From Acidimicrobiales bacterium (GTDB lineage Bacteria; Actinomycetota; Acidimicrobiia; Acidimicrobiales; QHCF01): a stretch of 53,496 bases of DNA. Location: NCBI GenBank assembly GCA_036806345.1, contig DAIROT010000004.1:1-53496 (forward strand), read 5' to 3'. The number at the start of each line of letters is the position of its first letter. Position 1 is the first letter of the stretch. Made by a program: the position numbers and the translations under genes. Below, one piece after another: positions 9,802 through 17,898 of the stretch. The notes beneath the pieces were generated by a model that had not been told where the DNA came from, did not search any database, and saw only the letters and a program-made list of their open reading frames with translations.

Positions 9802-10974
9802 CTATGCAGTCGGGATCTTGACGAGCGGGGCCGAGGGCAGATCGGCCTCGGGGTCACGTCGGGCCACCTCGGTGATGACCAGGCGGTGCCGGCGGCTCTG
9901 CTCGTAGACCGGCACCAGGCTCAACAGCACCCCCAGGAACAGGGCAATGCCGAACACCAGAGCGGCCAGCAGGACGCTGGTCATGCTGTCGATCCGGGAC
10001 AAGATGATCCCTATCCAGCCCAGCGTGCCCCCCGCGGCATAGATGAGAGCCACCGCCACCGGGACCGGGATGCCGATGAACACCAGCCGGTGGCTGGTGT
10101 GGTCGACTCCGCCTGACAGCACGCCCCGCCGGCTGACGAGTCGGTTGACGGTCACCAGGGCGGTGTCGAACAGCGCCACCCCGAGGACGACCACTGGGAC
10201 CAGGAACGAGACCTGGTTGCCGGGCAAGATCCGCAGGCGCAGGGCTATGACGGACAACAAGAAGCCCAGGAAAAGGCTCCCGGCATCACCCATGTAGATG
10301 CGGGCGGGATGGAAATTGTGGCGAAGAAACCCGGCCGCACAGCCGGCCAGAGCAATGGACAGAGTAGCCAGGAGGAACTGGCCGTAGACCAGGGACAGGG
10401 CGAAGAAGGAGAGGGAGGCGATGGCGGCCACCCCGGCCGAGAGCCCGTCCATGTTGTCCAGCAGGTTGAAGGCGTTGGTCACTCCTACCACCCACATCAC
10501 GGTGATGACCACGTTGACCGGTCCGGGCAGGAAGCTCAGGGCCACGCTGCTGCCGCTGGCCCACACCCCGATGCCGGCGGCCACCTCCACCGCCAGGCGA
10601 ATCCATGGGGAGAGTCCCCGCAGGTCATCAAACAGTCCCATAAGGGACAGGACCATGGCCATACCGAGCAGAATCTCGAGCTGGTGCAGGCTGGAGTCAG
10701 CCGGTCGAAGGAGGGCCGCACCCAGCACCACCGCAGTGAAGGCCACCAAGATCGCCGCCCCGCCCAGGTAGGGGATGGGCGAGCTGTGGGCCTTGATATC
10801 ACTGGGCCGGTCGAGGAAGTCCCAGCGCCGGGCCGCCCACAGGGCTCCGGGAACCAACACCAGCGTGAGTGTCAACGTGGCCAGCCCGATGACCGGGTAA
10901 GCCCACCACGCCAACGCACTCGTCAATGGACACCCCCCAGGGCAGCAGTAGCCGGTCCAGTGACGGCCCAGCAT
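9802..10974 (-). CDS. wecA: Undecaprenyl-phosphate HexNAc-1-phosphate transferase (MraY/WecA superfamily)
   Basis: Polytopic membrane protein with DDLRGLSP and NAFNLLDNMDGLSAG motifs of WecA/TagO/Rfe-type polyprenyl-phosphate sugar-phosphate transferases. It is distinct from the true mraY at 26646-27680. Confidence 0.8.
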   Translation of the reverse strand: MLGRHWTGYCCPGGCPLTSALAWWAYPVIGLATLTLTLVLVPGALWAARRWDFLDRPSDIKAHSSPIPYLGGAAILVAFTAVVLGAALLRPADSSLHQLEILLGMAMVLSLMGLFDDLRGLSPWIRLAVEVAAGIGVWASGSSVALSFLPGPVNVVITVMWVVGVTNAFNLLDNMDGLSAGVAAIASLSFFALSLVYGQFLLATLSIALAGCAAGFLRHNFHPARIYMGDAGSLFLGFLLSVIALRLRILPGNQVSFLVPVVVLGVALFDTALVTVNRLVSRRGVLSGGVDHTSHRLVFIGIPVPVAVALIYAAGGTLGWIGIILSRIDSMTSVLLAALVFGIALFLGVLLSLVPVYEQSRRHRLVITEVARRDPEADLPSAPLVKIPTA

Positions 10975-11154
10975 AGGGCCTGGGCCAGGTGCTGAGCGGT
11001 CGGGTCGGTGCCCGCCGAGATGGCGAAGCGGCTCAGCGAGACAACCGCCTGGTTATGGTCGCTGCACGGCGCTGCACTCGCTCTTGACATCACGCCGACC
11101 GTGCCAGCCAGCGTGCTGGCCGAAGCCTGGCCGGGCGGGCCACAGCATCGGCTG

Positions 11155-11871
11155 TCAGGCCGTACCTACCACCTGGAATGCCTCGGCCAGGGTGCCGGTC
11201 GGCAGGCCTCCCACCTCGGCGGTGGCCGACATCCAGCCCCGGACCCGCTCGGCTACCGCCTCCTCGTCCACCAGCTGGCTCACGTGGCAGCGCAGGGCGG
11301 CGATCTTGCGCTCGAACATGTCCGTCACATCCATGAAATGGTCGGGCGACGGTGCCCCCGACAGCCACACCTCGGGGACACTGTGGGGCCCCAGACCCTC
11401 CACCAACAACTCCGGGTGGGCAAAAGCATTGCGGGCATCGGGGTAGACGGAACACAGGGCGGCCTCCCCTACCGCCAGGTGGTCGGGATGGCTGGCGTGG
11501 ATGCGCTCGAAGTTGCGCTCGGGGGAGGGGCACAGCACCCGCTCGGGCTGTACCTGGCGGATGAGGCGGGAGATGTCGCGTCGCAGCTCGAGGCTGGGGG
11601 TCAGGCGGCCATCCGGATAGCCGAGGAACACGACGTTGGACACGCCCAGGACCTTGGCCGCTGCCTCCTGCTCGGCCCGGCGGATGCCGGGTATGTCACC
11701 GCGGGGAACCTCGAGGTCGAACCCTCCGGCATCGCCATCGGTGACGATGCAGTAGGTGACGTCAGCACCGGCATCCACCCAGGTGGCCACGGTCCCGGCC
11801 GCCCCAAAGTCCACGTCGTCGGGATGGGCCACCACCACCAGGATGGGTGTGGGTGTGCTCTGCTCCCCCAC
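11155..11871 (-). CDS. PIG-L/LmbE-family N-acetylglucosaminyl deacetylase
   Basis: VVAHPDDVDFGAAGT...IVTDGDAGG zinc-site motif of LmbE/PIG-L deacetylases (MshB/Mca-related fold). Confidence 0.8.
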   Translation of the reverse strand: MGEQSTPTPILVVVAHPDDVDFGAAGTVATWVDAGADVTYCIVTDGDAGGFDLEVPRGDIPGIRRAEQEAAAKVLGVSNVVFLGYPDGRLTPSLELRRDISRLIRQVQPERVLCPSPERNFERIHASHPDHLAVGEAALCSVYPDARNAFAHPELLVEGLGPHSVPEVWLSGAPSPDHFMDVTDMFERKIAALRCHVSQLVDEEAVAERVRGWMSATAEVGGLPTGTLAEAFQVVGTA

Positions 11872-11875
11872 CGGC

Positions 11876-12460
11876 TCAGCCAGTGTGAGGGCCGGGGGCC
11901 GACGCCTGGTGGTCCGAATCCTCGACCGGATGGCCCATCCGCTTGAGCAGGGTGAGCATGTCGTCGGCGTGCTCCTCCTCCACCGCCAGAATCCCCTCGA
12001 TCATCCGGCGGGTGGTGGTGTCACCGTCACCCAGCCATCTGACGATCTCCTCATAAGAGGCGATGGCCACCCGCTCGGCCACCAGATCCTCCTTGATCAT
12101 GTCGATCAGGTCGTTGCCGGGCGCGTACTCGGCGTGGCTGCGAGCCACCAGGGTGGCCGGGTTGAAGTCCGGTTCTCCCTGGAGCTGGACGATCCGAGTG
12201 GCGGCCTGGTCGGCGTGGCCCTGCTCCTCGTTGGCGTGCTGGAGGAACTCTTGGGCCACCGGCCCGGAGTTGAGGCCCTCGGCCATGTAGTAGTGGCGCT
12301 TGTAGCGCAGCACACACACCAGCTCGGTGGCCAGCACCTCGTTCAACACGGCAATGACCCGCTCCCGGTCGGCACCGTAGGCCGAGGTGATCGGGCCCTG
12401 GTCGATGTGCTCGCGGGCGTTGCGTCGGAGAGTTTGCACGTCCGTGAGGAAGTCGCTCAT
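11876..12460 (-). CDS. Ferritin-like/bacterioferritin-family protein
   Basis: ELVCVLRYKRHYY...EFLQHANEEQGHADQAATRIVQLQG...EEEHADDM shows the paired E/ExxH di-iron ligand pattern of Bfr-like four-helix bundles. It ends 4 nt upstream of the PIG-L start. Confidence 0.7.
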   Translation of the reverse strand: MSDFLTDVQTLRRNAREHIDQGPITSAYGADRERVIAVLNEVLATELVCVLRYKRHYYMAEGLNSGPVAQEFLQHANEEQGHADQAATRIVQLQGEPDFNPATLVARSHAEYAPGNDLIDMIKEDLVAERVAIASYEEIVRWLGDGDTTTRRMIEGILAVEEEHADDMLTLLKRMGHPVEDSDHQASAPGPHTG

Positions 12461-12564
12461 GCTCGGAGCCTAACGGGAGCTGGGTCACGGACCACCTTCC
12501 CTCTTTGTGGGCATCAATTGGACGATGACGTTGCCGCCGCTGTCGAGCCGAGGAGGTCTCGCCC

Positions 12565-14718
12565 TCAGGTGCCGCGGCCGCTCCGGCCGCTGGGGCGCCT
12601 TGACACCAGCCGAGGACCCGTTCCGACCGGAGGACGCTTGGTCGGTGGGATCGCTGTGCCCCGCCCGGCGGGTGTCCGGCTCGAACCCGCACCGGCCGAT
12701 CCCGCCCCGGCCGATCCCGCCCCGGCCGATCCCGCCCCGGCCGATCCCGCCCCGGCCGCCTGCCTGGTCGCCGTACCGGGGGCCTTGCGGGGGCGCGCCC
12801 CGGTCGCCTTTGATGTCCCGGCTGCACTGGCCTTGGTGGCCCGAGACTTGACTGACGCGGTAGTCCTGGAACCGCTTGGCTTGGTCGCTCGCGGCGCCCT
12901 CGCCTTGGCCGGCTTGGCCCTGGCCTCCTCCTGCGCCCTGACGGGACCGGCGGAGGCTCCGTTGGCTGAGCCGACGATGGTATTGATCCGCTTGAGAACT
13001 GTTGTCCTCGCCGCCCCCGCCTGTTCCCGACTGCGTACGACCTCGAGCTCTTCGGGATCGAGCTGGCGAAGCAGAGGCAGAATCTCGGCGACCCGCAGAT
13101 CGTCGTAGTCGGCAATGGGGAACATGTCGTCGTCCGCGTAGGCCTCGGGACTGGCATCGAACTCAGGGGTGGACATCCCGGAGAGCATCGGCTCGGTGGC
13201 CCGTAGCTCATCCAGCCGCCGAAGTATCGTCGATCGTCCCCGGGTGGCCAACTCTCGCTGACGGACCACGTCGTACTCGTCGGGCACCAGCTCCTCCAAC
13301 AACGGCATTATCTCTGACACCATCAGCTCGTCGTAGTCGGCGATCGGGAAGACGGCGTCGGGGTCGGCATTGGCATACGGCGTCGATGCCCCTTGCGACC
13401 ATGCCTCCTCCTCGGCGGGCCAAGGTGCCTCCTCCTCGGCGGACCTGCGCCTCGAGCCGAAGAACGACCTCCGTACGGGTACCGGCTCGGCCTGCGCCGC
13501 CGGTTGCGGTTGCGGCTCCGACTCGAGCTCCTGCTCGGCTACATCGCTGTCCTCCCACGCGGGTTCCATCGGCTGGGAGATCGCCGGAGGTATGAAGATC
13601 CGACCACGCCGGGAGCCCACTGCCGGGACGACCCCCTCCTGGTCGGCGGTCTCAACCTGGTCGACCTCGTTGCCCCCCCCAGCCTCATCGGCCGCCTTGG
13701 CCTGGTCGGTCGAGTCACGCTGGTCGGCCATATCAGCTCGGGACGGGACCGCGGTTCTGCGCCTCGATCCCAACAGCGACCGGCGCACCGGCTCGCGCAT
13801 CGATTCCTGCCCCGGTCCGGTCTCGACCACCGACTCCGCCTCTACCGCCAGCTCGGCCTCCAATACCGGCTCGGACTCAGGTCCGCTGATGCTGGGTCGG
13901 GCTGAGGTTTCCTCGGCGACGGCCCCGCGCCTTGATCCCAACAGCGACCTTCGCACCGGCACCGTCACCGGCTCCGGCAGTGGCTCAGACTCCGCGTCGG
14001 CCTGGTCGGCCTCGGCTGAGATCTCCTCGGCAACCGTCCTGCGCCTCGATCCCAGCAGGGACCGGCGTGCTGGCACCGGCTCCGGCAGTGGCTCGGACTC
14101 CGCGCCGGCCTGCGCCGGCTCGGGCGGCATCTCCTCGGCCGCGGCCCTCCGCCTCGATCCCAACCGCGACCGGCGCTCCGGCACCGGCTCCGGCAGTGGC
14201 TCGAGCTCCGCAGCGGCCGGGCCCGACTCGGGCCCCCCCTGGTCTGGCGCCCCTCTGCGCCCAGACGCTAGGTACGACCGCCGCACTGGCACCACCGCCG
14301 GCAGCGGTTCCAGCTCGCTCTGCGGTGCCGCCTCTGGGACATCGGGCTCGTCGATCTCGGCGCCCGCCCCGGGCCGCGCCTTGCGTCCGGCGCCACGAAG
14401 GACCCTGGGGGTCCTGCGGCCGGCGGGCGGGCGGACGGCCTCTACCAACTGGGTGGGCCGATTGTCCTCGACCATGTCGGCCTCGGCCACGGTGTCGGTC
14501 TCCGACCCTGCCGTCTCTCGACGTCGCCGTCCCACGGATGGGGCCGTCGCCCCCCGGTCCCGGACCCGATTGAGGGCGGTAAACACGACCAGCAGGACCA
14601 CACAAATCGCGCTGGCCCCGATAGAGACGTAGTCCAGTGCCAGCGAGCGCTCGACGAATCCAACCACCAGGGTGGCGGCGGCAGCCAACAACAGCCCAAT
14701 AGTCAGAATCAGCAACAA
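12565..14718 (-). CDS. Hypothetical membrane-anchored repeat protein (two N-terminal TM helices, six RRSxLGSRRR repeats, two helix-extended-helix-like modules, basic tail)
   Basis: TTG start at 14718, the first start codon after an in-frame TGA. N-terminus LLILTIGLLLAAAATLVVGF...IGASAICVVLLVVF. Internal repeats and the duplicated FPIADYDxLxVxEIxPLL module favour this frame over the antisense shadow ORFs. Confidence 0.7.
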   Translation of the reverse strand: MLLILTIGLLLAAAATLVVGFVERSLALDYVSIGASAICVVLLVVFTALNRVRDRGATAPSVGRRRRETAGSETDTVAEADMVEDNRPTQLVEAVRPPAGRRTPRVLRGAGRKARPGAGAEIDEPDVPEAAPQSELEPLPAVVPVRRSYLASGRRGAPDQGGPESGPAAAELEPLPEPVPERRSRLGSRRRAAAEEMPPEPAQAGAESEPLPEPVPARRSLLGSRRRTVAEEISAEADQADAESEPLPEPVTVPVRRSLLGSRRGAVAEETSARPSISGPESEPVLEAELAVEAESVVETGPGQESMREPVRRSLLGSRRRTAVPSRADMADQRDSTDQAKAADEAGGGNEVDQVETADQEGVVPAVGSRRGRIFIPPAISQPMEPAWEDSDVAEQELESEPQPQPAAQAEPVPVRRSFFGSRRRSAEEEAPWPAEEEAWSQGASTPYANADPDAVFPIADYDELMVSEIMPLLEELVPDEYDVVRQRELATRGRSTILRRLDELRATEPMLSGMSTPEFDASPEAYADDDMFPIADYDDLRVAEILPLLRQLDPEELEVVRSREQAGAARTTVLKRINTIVGSANGASAGPVRAQEEARAKPAKARAPRATKPSGSRTTASVKSRATKASAAGTSKATGARPRKAPGTATRQAAGAGSAGAGSAGAGSAGAGSAGAGSSRTPAGRGTAIPPTKRPPVGTGPRLVSRRPSGRSGRGT
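12686..12760 (-). repeat. 15-bp perfect tandem repeat (ccggccgatcccgcc, about 4.6 copies) encoding (AGSAG)n in the tail of the 717-aa protein
   Basis: Read directly: units at 12692-12706, 12707-12721, 12722-12736 and 12737-12751, plus partial flanks. In frame (15 = 5 codons). Confidence 0.95.
13440..14316 (-). repeat. Degenerate coding repeat array (period about 108 nt) giving six P-[VAE]-RRS-x-[LF]-[GA]-S-x-RR motifs
   Basis: Motifs at residues 146, 182, 218, 256, 312 and 416 of the 717-aa protein. At DNA level, ctcgatcccaacagcgaccggcgcaccgg...ccggctccggcagtggctc recurs between about 13760 and 14210. Confidence 0.85.
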
Positions 14719-14848
14719 GAAAATCCACCACTTCCGCGAGACACCGCGCCCCCTGTCACCATAGTCGTGTCAGGCAGGACAGCCAGCGGGAACACGTCGC
14801 AGCGGCACCAGTGGCCGGCCTAGTGAACTGGCCGCGACAGGTGGGTGC

Positions 14849-15532
14849 TCAGATGGAGCTTGACCGGTCCGCATCGGGGCGTTGGGCCGGAGCCGTACCG
14901 GGAGGGGCCGGGCGCGAGTTCGGGTGACGCATGTCGGGCCGCGGCGACAATGAGGGCAGGTTCTCCTCGACCCAGCGCAGGGCCTCGGCAAAGCCGGACT
15001 GCACCCGCGTCCTCTCAGCTACCAGGTAACGCTGGAGGTTGTCCACGTCTTCCTGGAGCGCCGCCCGGGTCCCGACCAGGCGGTCTATGTCGGAGCGCAT
15101 CTCAGTCGTTGCCTCCTCGGTCATCCTGCGAACGTGCTCCTCGGCCTGGGCCACCATGGCCCCGGCGTCAGCCCGTGCCCGGTTCATGGCCTCAGTTGCC
15201 TGTTGGTGAGCCTCACTGACCGCCAGGTCGGCTGTGCGTTGCGCCAGCAGCAGCGTCCGGGTGATGGAATGATCGTCTACCTCGGGCTCGACTGGGCGAG
15301 GAGGCGGCTGGAAGCGTGTATCGGAGAGGCGCGACTGGGCCTGGGACAGCTCGGTCTCGGCCTGGGCCGCCCGGGCGGCCGTCTCCCTTACCCGGTCCTG
15401 CAGCAGCTCGATACCGGCGGCCACTCGCTCGAGGAACTCGTCGACGTCGTCCTTGTTGTAGCCGCGCAGCTCGAGTCGGAACTCGATGTCCCGAAGAGTC
15501 GCCGAAGATACCTCCATAGCCATGACGCTCAT
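14849..15532 (-). CDS. divIVA: DivIVA/Wag31 cell-pole and septum scaffold protein
   Basis: LRDIEFRLELRGYNKDDVDEFLERV N-terminal DivIVA domain followed by coiled coil. The ATG at 15532 is preceded by GGAGATAGG. Confidence 0.85.
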   Translation of the reverse strand: MSVMAMEVSSATLRDIEFRLELRGYNKDDVDEFLERVAAGIELLQDRVRETAARAAQAETELSQAQSRLSDTRFQPPPRPVEPEVDDHSITRTLLLAQRTADLAVSEAHQQATEAMNRARADAGAMVAQAEEHVRRMTEEATTEMRSDIDRLVGTRAALQEDVDNLQRYLVAERTRVQSGFAEALRWVEENLPSLSPRPDMRHPNSRPAPPGTAPAQRPDADRSSSI

Positions 15533-15541
15533 CCTATCTCC

Positions 15542-15598
15542 ACACTGCTCCGCAGGGGCAAAGGCGCTTCGCAACACTGCTCCGCAGAGGCAATTGCG
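15542..15598 (-). repeat. Intergenic repeat, copy 1 (32 nt perfect, 15542-15573) plus adjacent 25-nt diverged copy (15574-15598), upstream of divIVA
   Basis: acactgctccgcaggggcaaaggcgcttcgca is identical to 15875-15906. The neighbouring acactgctccgcagaggcaattgcg matches 22 of 25 positions. Confidence 0.95.
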
Positions 15599-15609
15599 TA
15601 AAACTCATC

Positions 15610-15873
15610 TCAGCGGGCGAACAGGGGGATGAGCACCACCTGGATAACGATCAGGACGATCAGAGGGGACAGGTCGAGGCCGACGCCGCCAACTCCGATG
15701 GGAGGCAGGATCCTGCGTAGTGGAGCCAACACCGGCTCGGTGAGCTTGTTGAGGAGCTGCGCCACCCTGGAAAGCGCCGAGCCTGGCGTCGTCGGAAAAT
15801 AGCTCAGGATGATCCGGGCGAAGATGATGACGACATAGGCCTCCAGCACATAGCGAATGATGTTCGAGATCAA
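15610..15873 (-). CDS. yggT: YggT-family integral membrane protein
   Basis: IIRYVLEAYVVIIFARIILSYFP... YggT signature. The TTG at 15873 lies 7 nt after a GGAG. The ORF-track extension to 16035 overlaps sepF. Confidence 0.8.
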   Translation of the reverse strand: MISNIIRYVLEAYVVIIFARIILSYFPTTPGSALSRVAQLLNKLTEPVLAPLRRILPPIGVGGVGLDLSPLIVLIVIQVVLIPLFAR

Positions 15874-15874
15874 G

Positions 15875-15906
15875 ACACTGCTCCGCAGGGGCAAAGGCGC
15901 TTCGCA
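15875..15906 (-). repeat. Intergenic repeat, copy 2 (32 nt perfect), filling the whole sepF-yggT spacer
   Basis: Identical 32-mer. Read on the coding strand it is TGCGAAGCGCCTTTGCCCCTGCGGAGCAGTGT, followed by cTTG, the yggT start. Confidence 0.95.
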
Positions 15907-15907
15907 C

Positions 15908-16465
15908 TCAAGGTCGGTAAAGGCCCCGTTCCTGGAGGCGTTGACGCTCCTCAGGCGACACCTCGACGTTGGTTGGCGTGAGGAGGAACACGTCCTCGGC
16001 CACCTTGTCCATGGCGCCGCCCAGGGCATAGGCAACTCCGCTGCAGAAGTCGATCATTCGCCGGGCCAGGTCCCTGTCCGCCACCTGGAGGTTGACGATC
16101 ACCGGCTGCTCGATCTTGAGGCGATCCCCGATCTCCTGGGCATCGCCAAACCGCTCGGGTGCGACCACATGAACCCGGGCGCCGCGAGTCGGCACGATCT
16201 GGCGCACCACCGCTCCCCGTGTCGTCATCACCCCGGTAGCCGGTTGATCTTCGCGAGGAAGGGCCCGGATGGGAGTCATGGTCTGCTCCTCCACCGGAGC
16301 CGGGAATCCCTGCACCGATCCGCCCGGGGCCGGCCCGAACGAACGCGCCGCGCCGCGCCCTGCCACCGGCGGCGCGGGCTCTTCGTAGTGCTGGTAGTCG
16401 TCATATTCTTCGTCGTTCATGTCGAGGCCAAGGTAGACCATCGCTCGACGAATGAAAGATGCCAT
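15908..16465 (-). CDS. sepF: Cell division protein SepF
   Basis: N-terminal MASFIRRAMVYLGL membrane-targeting helix and a C-terminal ...PERFGDAQEIGDRLKIEQPVIVNL...RMIDFCSGVAYALGG SepF domain. Confidence 0.9.
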   Translation of the reverse strand: MASFIRRAMVYLGLDMNDEEYDDYQHYEEPAPPVAGRGAARSFGPAPGGSVQGFPAPVEEQTMTPIRALPREDQPATGVMTTRGAVVRQIVPTRGARVHVVAPERFGDAQEIGDRLKIEQPVIVNLQVADRDLARRMIDFCSGVAYALGGAMDKVAEDVFLLTPTNVEVSPEERQRLQERGLYRP

Positions 16466-16486
16466 CGTCCCCTCCTTGGGGCCAGC

Positions 16487-17203
16487 CTATTGTCCCAGCG
16501 TCAGGCGGGGCGGACGATCACCGAAAAGAGCCCTGCCGACACGTACCATCGTGGCACCTTCTTGGACCGCCACCTCCAGGTCATCGGTCATACCCATGGA
16601 AAGCTCGGGTAGTCCCAGCCGCCGAGCGATGCCGGCCACGGCGCGGTATCCGGGCCGTGCCCCCTCTGGCTCGCCCCGCCGGCCCACGATCATCAGGCCC
16701 CGCACCTCCAAGCCGAGCTGGCGGAGGTGGCCCACCAACCCCGGTGCCGCCTGCTCAGAACAGCCGTTGCGTCCGGCACTCGATCCCTCTGGGTCGATCT
16801 GCACCAAGACGGCGGCTCCGGGAGCCCACCGAGCGATAGCAGTACCCTCCTCAGGGCGAGCCACCGACTGCCAGAGGTGGACATGGGGGGCCAGGGAGCG
16901 CACCTTGTTGCGTTGGATGGCGCCGAGAAAGTGCCAGCGAACGCCGGGAGTGTCCTGCGCCTTGACGTCCGGAGCGTCGGCGGTGCAGGCCTTGCCGGCC
17001 AGCTCGGTCGCGTAGTTCTCGCCCAGGTCCATCAATCCAGCCGCCACCGCCTCGCACACCACCGCCTGACCGAAGCCCTTGGTCACCGCCACCACCTTGA
17101 CCGCCTCGGGGGACGATCCGGCAGTGGCAATGCGCCTTCCCACCTCGGCCAGGCGCTCTCCCAGGCCAGCCGGTGCACCGTTTGCCGGCTCGCGTCGCGT
17201 CAC
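16487..17203 (-). CDS. yggS: YggS-family pyridoxal-phosphate homeostasis protein
   Basis: VVAVTKGF (PLP lysine), ...WHFLGAIQRNK... and MGMTDDLEVAV motifs. GTGA overlap with the pgeF stop. Confidence 0.85.
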   Translation of the reverse strand: MTRREPANGAPAGLGERLAEVGRRIATAGSSPEAVKVVAVTKGFGQAVVCEAVAAGLMDLGENYATELAGKACTADAPDVKAQDTPGVRWHFLGAIQRNKVRSLAPHVHLWQSVARPEEGTAIARWAPGAAVLVQIDPEGSSAGRNGCSEQAAPGLVGHLRQLGLEVRGLMIVGRRGEPEGARPGYRAVAGIARRLGLPELSMGMTDDLEVAVQEGATMVRVGRALFGDRPPRLTLGQ

Positions 17204-17898
17204 GCCGTCACCGGTCGCCAGACCACCAGGGCCTGACGCCCTTGGTCAGCCCGGGCTCGGTGGGAGAAGTAATCCGACGAGCATGCCGTGCACGGGGAAT
17301 CGGCATGGATCAGCTCGGCGCCGGCCGCCACGGTGGCAAGTCGCACCATCTCCCCCAAGTCGAGGGCGGCCTCGCCGGACTCGGTCCTGGCCCTCACCGA
17401 CGACCCGAAGCGCGTGACCACCTGATCCAGCTCCCGGGACGAGAACTGGTAGCACTCAGGGCCGATGCACGGTCCGAGGGCGGCTCGGATGTCGGTGGCG
17501 CCCAGTCCCCGCATGGTCTTGGCCGCGGCCTGCACCACTCCTTCCATCAGCCCCCGCCAACCGGCATGGACCGCACCCATCACACCCTCGGGGCTGGCCA
17601 GGGCGACGGTGGGACAATCGGCGCTGAACACGGCCAGGCATCCCAGGCTGTCGCCGCTCACCAGGGCATCGCCCGCCAGGCCCGTGCACTCCCCGGCGTG
17701 GCTCACCACCCGCACCTGGTCGCCGTGAACTTGGCGCAGCCAGCTCCACGGCCGATCCAGCACGGCCCGACGTCGTTGCGGACTGGGGCCGCCGGTGACG
17801 TCAGGGGCCAGATCACCGTCGAGGGTGGTGGTCCAACGAGCCAGGACGGGCGTTGAGCCCAGGCGGAGCGGGTCACCCCTTGAGGAAGGATGGGACAT
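17200..17898 (-). CDS. pgeF: Peptidoglycan editing factor PgeF (YfiH/laccase-domain protein)
   Basis: LRQVHGDQV..., ...CPTVAL..., HAGWRG and ...CTAC... motifs of the YfiH/DUF152 family. The ATG at 17898 overlaps the ftsZ 3' end by 26 nt, so the start is uncertain. Confidence 0.8.
   Translation of the reverse strand: MSHPSSRGDPLRLGSTPVLARWTTTLDGDLAPDVTGGPSPQRRRAVLDRPWSWLRQVHGDQVRVVSHAGECTGLAGDALVSGDSLGCLAVFSADCPTVALASPEGVMGAVHAGWRGLMEGVVQAAAKTMRGLGATDIRAALGPCIGPECYQFSSRELDQVVTRFGSSVRARTESGEAALDLGEMVRLATVAAGAELIHADSPCTACSSDYFSHRARADQGRQALVVWRPVTA

Noticed and set aside
11008-13108. Plus-strand ORFs 11008-11946 (312 aa) and 11756-13108 (450 aa)
   Set aside because: They lie antisense to the PIG-L deacetylase, the ferritin-like gene and the repeat-protein gene, all of which have specific motifs or architecture. 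Their translations are homopolymeric-like Gly/His/Arg/Pro strings.
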